From Alphaproteobacteria bacterium (lineage in GTDB: Bacteria; Pseudomonadota; Alphaproteobacteria; UBA6615): a stretch of DNA of 64,000 bases. The first letter of the stretch is position 1; every line of letters starts with the position of its first letter. The notes below the pieces were generated by a model that was not told where the DNA came from, made no database searches, and saw only the letters and a list, made by a program, of their open reading frames with translations. The DNA lies in assembly GCA_965261975.1 (NCBI GenBank), contig CBDHEC010000036.1, positions 9,842 through 73,841 on the forward strand. The letters run 5' to 3'. Below are positions 15,375 to 25,834 of the stretch, piece after piece. The position numbers and the translations under genes are program-made.

Positions 15375-16775
15375 ATGGCTGCCGCTGGAATTTCTGCAAA
15401 CATCCTGCTGGTCGAGGATTCTATTTCCCTGGCTGAACTCTATGCGGAGGAGCTGCGTCAGGCGGATCTGCCGGTCACGCATGTGGAGCTGGGCAAGCAG
15501 GCGCTGGCTGCGATCCGGAAGTCGGTCCCCGATGTGGTTCTGCTTGACCTCGGCCTCCCGGACATGGATGGCCTCGATATTCTGCGTCTTATCGACGAGG
15601 AGCAGATTCCGACGACCGTGATCATCATCACGGCACAAGGCAGCCTGAATGTCGCGGTCGAGGCCATGCGCCTTGGGGCCTATGACTTCCTGGTGAAACC
15701 GTTCACGGGAGAGCGCCTGGCGGTTACCGTAAACAATGCGCTCGAGCGTTCCGAACTCAAGCGCACGGTCGAGGTTTTCAAGGAAGACTTCGCGCGAAAC
15801 TCGTTCCATGGCTTCGTCGGAGAGTCACTGGAAATGCAGGCGGTCTATCGCGTGATCGAATCCGCCGCCGCGAGCAAGGCGACCCTGTTCATCACGGGCG
15901 AAAGCGGCACGGGCAAGGAGGTCTGTGCCCAGGCAATCCATCGCTCGAGCCCGCGCGCCAAGGGGCCGTTTACGGCAATCAACTGCGCGGCGATCCCCAA
16001 CGAGCTGATCGAGAGCGAGATATTCGGCCACGTCAAAGGTGCCTTTACCGGCGCCACCTCGGACCGTGACGGTGCCGCCACGCTGGCTGATGGTGGCACG
16101 CTGTTTCTCGACGAAATCTGCGAGATGGATATCGGCCTCCAGGCCAAGCTGCTGCGTTTCATACAGACCGGAACATTCCAGAAGGTCGGCAGCGGCAAGG
16201 AAGAGAAAGTCGATATTCGCCTGGTCTGCGCGACGAACAGGGACCCGTGGCAGGAGGTCGAGGCGGGTCGGTTCCGGGAGGATCTGTATTTTCGGCTCCA
16301 CGTCATTCCCATGCATCTGCCGCGCCTTGCCGATCGTGGCGACGACGTCCTCCTGATCGCGGAGCATTTCCTGCGCACGATCTCCGAGGAAGAGGGAAAG
16401 GCATTTCAGCATATCGCCCCCGATGCCGCGGCCCTCATATCGTCCTATGACTGGCCGGGGAATGTGCGGGAGCTTGAGAACATCATGCGCAACGCGGTCG
16501 TTCTCCAGGATAGCGAGTAGCTGCGGGCAGACATGCTGGCCATACCGGCGGCCGGGGCGGCATCGCGCCGGCCCGCGAATCCTCAGCCGGCGGCGGCTCC
16601 CGCGGGAGGCAGTGCGCCTCTGGATGCCAATGTGCGGCCGCTCGCGGTCGTGGAGCGCGAGACGATCGAGCATGCGATCGAGGCTGCAGGCGGAAACATC
16701 CCGCGCGCCGCGGCGATGCTGGAGGTCAGCCCGTCGACGATCTATCGAAAAAAGACCCAGTGGGACCAGGAGTAG
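15375..16775 (+). pseudogene. LuxO-like sigma-54-dependent response regulator interrupted by an in-frame TAG at 16518-16520
   Basis: REC domain (LLDLGLPDMDG), GESGTGKE, GHVKGAFTGA, WPGNVREL. The Fis-type HTH (GNIPRAAAMLEVSPSTIYRK) continues in the same frame after the TAG. Confidence 0.85.
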
Positions 16776-16788
16776 CGGTGGGTCCGGT

Positions 16789-18266
16789 TTAGCCGGTCAG
16801 CGAGTCAAACACCGTCTGCGTGCTTTCCAGTCCCGATCTGATCTCGTCGATCTTTGCTCCATCGACATCATTCTCAGGCGTCGGTCCCTTTGCCGCGGCC
16901 TCGAGGTCTGCAGCCGCTCGTGACAGCCGGGGGGCGCCGTAGGTGGCGGCAATACCCTTGATCGCGTGAGCTTCGCGGCCGACCAGATCATGATCGCCGG
17001 CTGCAAACGCAGGACCCAGCCTCTCTGTTCTTTGTGCGACTTCTTTTAGGAAAGTTGCGATGAGGCGCGGGAATCCTTCGCCTGCAGTCTCGCGTAGTTG
17101 CGCGACCACGGTCTCGTCAATCCAGTCTGTCGCGCCGGGGTCCGTATCATCTTGTTCGCTCGGGGGCTCAGACGCGATGAGCTCGAGGTCCAGCCATGTG
17201 CGTACGACTTCGAGCAGTCGCGGCATCGTCACGGGCTTGAGGAGATAGTCCTTCATGCCGGCCTTCAGGCAGGTCGTTCTGAAACCTGGTGCGGCATTCG
17301 CGGTCAGGGCAATGATGGGGGGAAGGTCTGCGTCGGGGTGCTTCTCGATGATTGTCTGGCTGGCCTCCAAACCGTCCATCTCCGGCATCGAGATATCCAT
17401 GAGTACCAGGTCGTAGGGGAATCGATCGATCGCCTCGACCGCCTCGGCGCCGTTGCCCACCACGTCGACGTCGATCCCGGCTTTCTCGAGATAGGTTCGG
17501 AACACCATCTGGTTCGACGGGCTGTCTTCGGCGAGCAACACACGCACGCGGCGGTCGTCGCGTGTGCGCAGACGCGGGGCCTGACCGGGTTGATCGGTCG
17601 AAGCGTTGAGCGCCGGTGCGCCCTTGGCGGTGGGAAGAGGTATCTCGAACCAGAACTCGCTGCCCAATGGCCCGCGTGAGTCGACGCCGATCTTTCCGTC
17701 CATCAACTCGACGAGCGTTTTCGAGATCGCCAGTCCCAGCCCGGTACCTTCGTGCTGGCGGCTGAGACGGTCATCGACCTGGGTAAATGGCTCGAACAAG
17801 TCGGCCCGTTTGTCTTCGGGTATTCCGATACCCGTGTCGACGACATTGAATCTAATGGTTCCGGCCTTCGCGTCCTCGTCACTTACCCAGACGGTGACGC
17901 CGCCGTCGTCGGTGTATTTCACGGCATTGCCGATCAAGTTGATTAGTACCTGGCGAATGCGCGTGGGGTCGCCGTGAACGAAACGCGCGACGTTCTGGTC
18001 AATCACGAGGTCGAACTGGAGGCCCTTTGACTCGGCCCGGAGCATGAACAGCTCCACCGATTCATGCGCGAGAGCGTGCAAGTCGAAATCCGAATATTCG
18101 AGATCCACATGGCCGGATTCGATCTTGGCCATATCGAGTACATTGTTGATCACGGTCAGCAATGCCTCGCCCGACTTTCGGGATGTCTCGATGTAGCGGC
18201 GCTGTTCTTCGTCCAGTGTCGTCGCGTTCATGAGCGTGAGAGCGCCGAGGACCGCGTTCAGGGGTG
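16789..18266 (-). pseudogene. 5'-truncated hybrid histidine kinase (partial HisKA, HATPase, REC, Hpt)
   Basis: Homology begins at PLNAVLG, so the SHE..T H-box with the phospho-His is absent. NLIGNAVKYT, DTGIGI, GTGLGL, LMDISMPEMDG and Hpt AHAIKG are intact. Confidence 0.82.
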
Positions 18267-18413
18267 AGCAGCATATTCCGTTCGGCGGACATCCAGCGTT
18301 ACTACCGGGATGTGAATTCAGGCGCGCAGCAGATATTTCTGAACTGGGATTCCAACGCCACGATCTATGGCAAGGTCGCGCTGGGCATCGAGGCCCGCAA
18401 CGTTCGTTGGTAG
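18267..18413 (+). pseudogene. C-terminal remnant of an acyl-CoA-dehydrogenase-fold flavin monooxygenase (HsaA-like)
   Basis: Manual translation SIFRSADIQRYYRDVNSGAQQIFLNWDSNATIYGKVALGIEARNVRW* resembles the QRxxRDV...LNWD...YG...LG tail of this family; GC3-rich codons. Confidence 0.65.
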
Positions 18414-18464
18414 CCTCAGGCCCACTTCGCCTGTCGGTGAATGACACCATCTCCACCGTCCCGG

Positions 18465-18494
18465 GTCGGGTGTGCGTCTCGACGCACATCCAAC
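18465..18494. terminator. GC-rich hairpin downstream of the monooxygenase remnant
   Basis: GGGTGTGCGTC-TC-GACGCACATCC inverted repeat; no clear U-tract. Confidence 0.4.
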
Positions 18495-18531
18495 GTCTTC
18501 ATTGAACACTCAGTAGGTTGGCTGCTCGAAC

Positions 18532-18636
18532 GAAAACACCGTCGCGGGCACCGTCATCACGCTGGACGGGGATGACAGCCTGACCCTGATCGGTGTACAG
18601 GAAGGCGTCCTTCACGAGGACGACTTCCTGCTGTAG
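18532..18636 (+). pseudogene. C-terminal remnant of an RTX/type I-secreted protein
   Basis: Manual translation ENTVAGTVITLDGDDSLTLIGVQEGVLHEDDFLL* parallels the tail of the intact RTX protein in this window (NATIDYGNNDEITLVGVAMADLSATDFLF). An in-frame TAG at 18514 precedes it and there is no start codon. Confidence 0.7.
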
Positions 18637-18689
18637 TCCTGCGGGAACGGACCTATCGGGCGCATCTTGCGCCGCCGGAGCCCATTTTC

Positions 18690-19451
18690 TTGGAATTTCT
18701 GCCCGCCGACATCGACACGACGGCTGCTGCCGCACTTATCGCTGCGACCTTCGTCGGTAACGTGATTTCCGCCGCCACCGGGATAGGCGGCGGGATCATC
18801 CTCCTCGCCGTTATGGCGAACCTGATGCCGGCTGCCGCGATCATTCCCGTTCACGGGGTCGTGCAGCTCGGCGGCAACATCTTTCGCGGTACGATCCAAC
18901 GCGCCCATATCGACTGGCTGACCTTTGCGTGGTTTGCCTTGGGCAGTGTTGCCGGGGTGGCCGTGGGTGGCAGCATCGTCGTCGCCCTGCCGTCCGATAT
19001 CCTGCGCGCGGGTCTGGGGTTGTTCATCCTGTACACGGTCTGGGGACCGAAGCTGAAATTCGTCAGCGAGGGGAACCTCATCTCGGTCGTGATGGGAGCA
19101 GTGTCGAGCGTCCTGACCATGTTCTTCGGCGCGACGGGGCCGTTCGCCATGGCATTGCTCGCACAGCGCGGCTACACCCCCCAGGGATTGATCGGCAGCC
19201 ATTCGGCCTGCATGGCCGCCCAGCATGCCCTCAAGATTGTCGCCTTCGGGCTTCTGGGTTTCGCGTTCGCCGACTGGCTGGGTTTAATCGCCATGCTGCT
19301 GATGGCCTCACTCGCGGGCAGCCTGATCGGCAGCTATGCGCTGCGGCATATCCCGGCAGGCACCTTTGCAAGGGTACTGAAGGGGGTTCTGACCGTGCTG
19401 GCGGCGAACCTGCTGGCCGTGGCCTTCGGGCTCTACAGCATCACCGGATAG
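18690..19451 (+). CDS. TauE/SafE (TSUP) family membrane transporter
   Basis: About 8 hydrophobic segments; GIGGGIILLA, IPVHGVVQ, FGATGP motifs. Confidence 0.88.
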   Translation: MEFLPADIDTTAAAALIAATFVGNVISAATGIGGGIILLAVMANLMPAAAIIPVHGVVQLGGNIFRGTIQRAHIDWLTFAWFALGSVAGVAVGGSIVVALPSDILRAGLGLFILYTVWGPKLKFVSEGNLISVVMGAVSSVLTMFFGATGPFAMALLAQRGYTPQGLIGSHSACMAAQHALKIVAFGLLGFAFADWLGLIAMLLMASLAGSLIGSYALRHIPAGTFARVLKGVLTVLAANLLAVAFGLYSITG

Positions 19452-19585
19452 TCCCGTTTCGAAGAACGTCCATGTTCCGGGCGTCACAAGTCTTTGATTC
19501 CCCGGTCACGGCTCGTCGCTGGTCTGCGCCAGGAATCGCGTGTACGGTTTGTTCAGGTCAATACTGGCCGGACAGAGGGGTAAAC

Positions 19586-20230
19586 ATGAGTTTAGCAGAG
19601 AAGCTCGCGGAGATTAGTGCCGCGGGTGCCAAGCGGATGCCGGAAGAGGTGCGCGCGACCATGGGCAAGGCGACCCAGGAGCTGCGTGAATCCGGCATCA
19701 TGGATACAGTCGTAAAGGTGGGCGACACGCTGCCCGCCTTCAGTCTTCAAAATGCGAACGGTGAGATGGTGAATTCCGCCGATCTTCTGTCGAAGGGGGC
19801 CGTTGTACTGACGGTGTTCCGCGGCCACTGGTGACCCTATTGCAATGCAGAGCTGTATGCTTTGCGCGATATCGTACCTGCCCTCGACGAAGCCGGCGCC
19901 ACGTTGGTCGCCATCACCCCTCAGCTCGTCGAGCACAATAAGGCCATGACCGAAAAACATGGTCTGAATTTCGAAATGCTTTCCGACCCGGGTAACTCCT
20001 ACCTGGCCGAGTTGGGTCTCAAGTTCGAGATCCCGGCCGCGGTCAAGGAGATCTACCAGGGTTTCGGGCTCGATATTCCGGGCACCAACGGCGACGACAG
20101 CTGGACGCTGCCGATGCCGGGCCGGATTGTCGTCGATTCAAGCGGCGTTGTCCGTGCGACCGACATCGACCCGAACTATGCCTCCCGGCCGGAGCCGGAG
20201 AAGACGCTGGCGGACGTTCAGGCGCTCTAG
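19586..20230 (+). CDS. AhpC/TSA peroxiredoxin-like selenoprotein (Sec at TGA 19832-19834)
   Basis: A single frame reads ...[20 protein letters not shown]...LVAITPQ...LSDPGN...WTLPMPG...RPEP. The TGA replaces the first Cys of the family WCPxC motif. Confidence 0.88.
19839..19870 (+). promoter_or_regulatory. Putative bacterial SECIS element
   Basis: Upper stem GCAGAGC/GCTTTGC with loop TGTAT starts 12 nt after the TGA; lower stem ATTGC/GCGAT; G is the second loop base. Confidence 0.7.
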
Positions 20231-20260
20231 CCGAACCGACAGCTTTTCGAAGTGTAACGG

Positions 20261-20299
20261 AACCCCATCCGCGATCTGCCGCGGGTGGGGTTTTGTTTT
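20261..20299 (+). terminator. Rho-independent terminator after the selenoprotein gene
   Basis: AACCCCATCCGCG-atctgc-CGCGGGTGGGGTT followed by TTGTTTT. Confidence 0.8.
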
Positions 20300-20333
20300 G
20301 CCTGTGCTACGATTTCGGCACGGGAGATGCATC

Positions 20334-22037
<1,704 letters not shown>

Positions 22038-22043
22038 GCGGTC

Positions 22044-22694
22044 TTACTGCACCGGCTTATTCGGGTGGGCCACGTCGGGCTGGATGTACGGCGCCTTCAT
22101 TTCATAGATATCGTGGGTCCGGCAGTAGCGCGGGCCGCCGAGGCGGCCGACGGGGTGGAGCGTGTGGGGATTGACGTATTTGTCGTCCAGCATCAGGTCT
22201 TCGCGCACGTGCCAGCGCAGCACCCGGCCGATCACCAGGTCGGTGACCCACTCATCGCCGAATTTGAGTACCTGCTCGAAGGTGCATTCCATGGCGACGG
22301 GGCAATCCTTGATGCGCGGGGCATCTACCAGGTCCGACGGCACGGTCTCCAGGCCGATCTCCGCGAACTCGTCCTGGTCGGCCTCGTAGTTGGCCGAGCT
22401 GGCGTTCATGGATTCCGCGAAGTCGTCGGTCACCGTATGGACCACGAAGCCCTTGGTGGCCTGGACGTTCGCCGAAGTGTGCTTGGGCGCATGGGTCTTC
22501 TCGCTCACGGCCATGGAGACAAGCGGCGGGTAGTGCGACACGATGGAGAAGAAGGAAAACGGCGCCAGGTTGGGCACGCCGTTTTCGTCGATGGAGCTGA
22601 CCCAGGCGATCGGGCGGGGCACGATCGAGCCGATCAGCAGCCGATAGCATTGCTGGTGGTCGATCTCGTCGGTGTTGAAAATCCTGTAGTCCAT
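22044..22694 (-). CDS. Flavin reductase family protein
   Basis: IVPRPIAWVSS...NLAPFSFF...VGRLGG; ATG follows a GGAGAG RBS. Confidence 0.9.
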   Translation of the reverse strand: MDYRIFNTDEIDHQQCYRLLIGSIVPRPIAWVSSIDENGVPNLAPFSFFSIVSHYPPLVSMAVSEKTHAPKHTSANVQATKGFVVHTVTDDFAESMNASSANYEADQDEFAEIGLETVPSDLVDAPRIKDCPVAMECTFEQVLKFGDEWVTDLVIGRVLRWHVREDLMLDDKYVNPHTLHPVGRLGGPRYCRTHDIYEMKAPYIQPDVAHPNKPVQ

Positions 22695-22787
22695 CACTCT
22701 CTCCTGAGGGCCTCTGCATAAGAGGCCAGTTCGCATTGCCGTGACCCGAGCTTTGCACGTGTGCGCCCATGGTGTAAGCCCCGCGGC

Positions 22788-23381
22788 ATGTCCGATACGC
22801 CGACCGATTCCCTGTCTCTGACCGACCGCACCGCGCTGCCCGAGGGCTATGCGTTCTTGCTGGCGGAATACCCGCGTCCGGTCTGGGACGGGCACCCGAA
22901 CAATGGTCAGTGGTGCCAGTTCTGGCTGCAGCGTCACCAGATGTTCCGGGATTATTCGGCCGCACTGACCGACGCCTGCGAACAGCTCGCCGACGGCAAG
23001 GTCGAGGCGGCGGCGTTTCACGAATGGTTCGTGCCGCGGGTCAATTTCTACTTCGGCGAGATCGATACCCACCACAAGGTCGAGGAGTATCACTATTTCC
23101 CGGCGCTCGCGCAGGCCGACATCAAGATGGCCCGCGGGATCGAGCTGCTCGAGGGCGACCACAAAGTGGTGCATGACCGGCTGATGGCCGCGCACGGCGC
23201 GGTCGTGGCACTGGATGGGGCGATCCGCGAGGCGCCCGCCGATATTGCCTCGGCGGCGCCCGCCGCACGGGACGGGATCGACGCGCTGGGGACGGGGCTG
23301 GCGCGTCACCTCGATGACGAGGAGGACATCATTGTGCCGCTGATCCTCGACCGTTCCGAGCCGGTGCTCGGGATCGGGTAG
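22788..23381 (+). CDS. Hemerythrin domain-containing protein
   Basis: WLQRHQMFR, HHKVEEYHYFP, EGDH and HLDDEE di-iron motifs. Confidence 0.85.
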   Translation: MSDTPTDSLSLTDRTALPEGYAFLLAEYPRPVWDGHPNNGQWCQFWLQRHQMFRDYSAALTDACEQLADGKVEAAAFHEWFVPRVNFYFGEIDTHHKVEEYHYFPALAQADIKMARGIELLEGDHKVVHDRLMAAHGAVVALDGAIREAPADIASAAPAARDGIDALGTGLARHLDDEEDIIVPLILDRSEPVLGIG

Positions 23382-23384
23382 GGG

Positions 23385-24833
23385 CTATTCCAGCCGGTTG
23401 AGGCCGTCGAAGGCGGCCGTCTTGTAGCATTCGGCCAGGGTCGGGTAGTTGAACACCGTATCGACGAAATAGTCGATCGTGCCGCTGTGGGCCATCAAGG
23501 CCTGGCCGATATGGATGAGTTCCGAGGCACCTTCGCCCAGGATGCTCACACCCAGAATTTCGCGGGTCTCGACGTGGAACAGGATCTTCAGCATGCCGGT
23601 CGCATCGCCGATGATCTGGCCGCGGGAGATTTCCTTGTAAAACGCCTTGCCCACCTCGTAGGGCACCCCTTTGGCTGTGAGTTCCTCTTCGTTGGCACCC
23701 ACCACCGAGATTTCCGGGATCGTATAGATGCCGTAGGGGAAGAGTTGGGCGACGCCGGACACCGACGCATCGAAGGCGTGGCAGGCGGCGAGGCGGCCCT
23801 GTTCCATGGATGTTGACGCGAGGCTGGGAAAGCCGATGACATCGCCGGCGGCGAAGATGTTGGGGACATTGGTGCGGTAGTTCGCGTCTACCGTCAGGCG
23901 GCCGCGTTCGTCGGCGTCGAGGCCGGCGGCATCGAGATTGAGCGCGCCGGTCGCGCCGGTGCGCCCGACGCTGTAGAGCGCCTTGGCGGCCACGACCTGT
24001 TTGCCGCTTTCCAGCACCACGCGCACATGCGCGCCATTGGCGCCGTCCTCACGGGCGATGGATTCGACGCCTTCGCCCAGGCGCAGGGTGACGCGGTTCT
24101 GGCGCATCAGGTAGGCCAGCGCGTCGGTGATCTCGCCATCCACGAAGTCGAGCAGTCGCGGGCGCTTGTCGATCAGGGTCACGCGCACGCCGAGTGTGGC
24201 AAAGATGGTGGCGTATTCCAGCCCGATGACCCCGGCGCCGATGACGACGAGAGTGCGAGGCAACTCCTCCAGATCGAGGATGTCGTCGCTGGTGAAAATG
24301 GTTTGGCCGTCGAACGGGATATCGGAAGACCGGGTCGTCTCGGTGCCCACGGCGATGACGATCCTGTCCGCGGTCACCGCGCGCTGGCCGCGACCGTCGA
24401 AATAGTCGAGGCGAACGGTGTTGGCATCGGCGAAGGTCGCCGTCGCCTCGATCACCAGCACGCCGTTGCGGCGCAGTTGGTGGTGGGTGACGTCGATCTC
24501 GTTGCGGATCACATGGTCGGCGCGGAACAGCAGGTCCGACATGGCGATATCCTGCTTCACCACATAGGACGCGCCATACACGTTGCGCTCGCGGTAGCCC
24601 GACAGGTGCATGGCGGGCTCGCGCAGGGTCTTGGACGGGATGGTGCCGGTGTTGATACACACCCCGCCCACGACGGCACGGCGCTCGATGATGGCGGCCC
24701 TCTTGCCCAGCTTGGCGGCCTGGATCGCGGCGCGCTGACCGGCCGGCCCCGACCCCATGACGATCAGGTCGAAATCATGACCCTTGCCGGTCGTCGATTG
24801 GCCGGCAAGCTCCGGTGTCGTCTGGTCGAGCAT
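23385..24833 (-). CDS. sthA: Soluble (Si-specific) NAD(P)+ transhydrogenase
   Basis: GSGPAG; GGVCINTGTIPSKTLRE (CxxxxT in place of CxxxxC); FNYPTLAECYKTAAFDGLNRL. Confidence 0.92.
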   Translation of the reverse strand: MLDQTTPELAGQSTTGKGHDFDLIVMGSGPAGQRAAIQAAKLGKRAAIIERRAVVGGVCINTGTIPSKTLREPAMHLSGYRERNVYGASYVVKQDIAMSDLLFRADHVIRNEIDVTHHQLRRNGVLVIEATATFADANTVRLDYFDGRGQRAVTADRIVIAVGTETTRSSDIPFDGQTIFTSDDILDLEELPRTLVVIGAGVIGLEYATIFATLGVRVTLIDKRPRLLDFVDGEITDALAYLMRQNRVTLRLGEGVESIAREDGANGAHVRVVLESGKQVVAAKALYSVGRTGATGALNLDAAGLDADERGRLTVDANYRTNVPNIFAAGDVIGFPSLASTSMEQGRLAACHAFDASVSGVAQLFPYGIYTIPEISVVGANEEELTAKGVPYEVGKAFYKEISRGQIIGDATGMLKILFHVETREILGVSILGEGASELIHIGQALMAHSGTIDYFVDTVFNYPTLAECYKTAAFDGLNRLE

Positions 24834-24939
24834 GTGCGTTCCCCGTTTCAAACGGCGCGCAGGCGCCGGACAGGGGACCAGAATCGCCTGTTTTGGTTAA
24901 GAAACCCTTGGTTGTGTGCAGATACCGCCGGGACGTTAC

Positions 24940-25761
24940 CTATCCCGGCTCGCGTTCGCCTCGCAAATAGACGAGCCAGTACACCAAGGCGACGAAAACG
25001 CTGCCGCCGATGATGTTGCCGATTGTGACCGAAACCAAGTTTGCGGCTATCGCGCCGAACGCGACCCCTTCGGCGCCGAGCAGCCAGCCCAGCGGCCGGA
25101 GGTACATGTTTGCGACCGAATGCTCGAAGCCGAGAGCCACAAAGGCGGTAATCGGGAAAACGATTGCCAGGATCTTGCCGGTGACGCGATGTGCGCTCAT
25201 GGACAACCAGACCGCGAGGCAGACCAGCGCATTGCACAGAATGGCGCGCACGAAGGCCTCGAACCAGGTCGTGGAAACCTTGCCGGTCGCTATTGTAACG
25301 GCGGTCTCGGCGACCGCCCCGTCACCCAGGTCGAGGGTGCCGGACCAGAAGACCATGACCGCTGTTGCCCCGGCGCCCACGAAGTTTGCGATATAGACGA
25401 TCCCCCAGTTTCGCAAAAGTTTCCCGGTCGTGACCTTCCGGTCTGCCCAGGCCATGACGATCAGGTTGTTTCCGGTAAACAGTTCCGCACCGGCGATGAT
25501 CACCAGGATCAGTCCCAGTGAGAATACGAGACCGCCGATCAGGCGGGTCGGCCCGAATCCGAGCGTGCTGCCGGTGATCGAGAGCGTGAAGAACATCGCA
25601 CCAAACGCGATGAAGGCGCCGGCGAGAATGCCGAGCACGACCAGCGGCAGCAGCGGAAGGTTCGCCTTCCGGACCCCGATGTTCTCGACCAGATGGGCGA
25701 TTTCGGCAGGCGCATAAGGGTCGCGGCCGGTGTTTGGGGTTTCAGGCGTGATGCTCGTCAT
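24940..25761 (-). CDS. Formate/nitrite transporter (FNT) family channel
   Basis: LAGAFIAFG, GAELFTGN, ILCNALVCLAVW, GFEHSVANM, GNIIGG. Confidence 0.93.
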   Translation of the reverse strand: MTSITPETPNTGRDPYAPAEIAHLVENIGVRKANLPLLPLVVLGILAGAFIAFGAMFFTLSITGSTLGFGPTRLIGGLVFSLGLILVIIAGAELFTGNNLIVMAWADRKVTTGKLLRNWGIVYIANFVGAGATAVMVFWSGTLDLGDGAVAETAVTIATGKVSTTWFEAFVRAILCNALVCLAVWLSMSAHRVTGKILAIVFPITAFVALGFEHSVANMYLRPLGWLLGAEGVAFGAIAANLVSVTIGNIIGGSVFVALVYWLVYLRGEREPG

Positions 25762-25834
25762 GGCGCAATCCTAGCGCGGCACCATGCATGGTCGTCTGAC
25801 CTCGATCAAACCCTGGTTCCGATATGGCGGCAGG

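Noticed and set aside
16518-16520. TAG in the LuxO-like gene as pyrrolysine or programmed readthrough
   Set aside because: It sits at a non-catalytic position aligned to Glu, no pyl genes are in the window, many genes here end normally in TAG, and the partner kinase is also broken.
14630-18690. Intact prophage, ICE or insertion sequence next to the tRNA
   Set aside because: No integrase, transposase, phage gene, terminal inverted repeats or duplicated tRNA end was found; only relic-level evidence remains.
18929-19834. 301-aa ORF overlapping tauE as a real fusion protein
   Set aside because: Only the last 82 codons (from ATG 19586, after a GAGGGG RBS) are protein-like. The rest is an off-frame read of tauE and the spacer.
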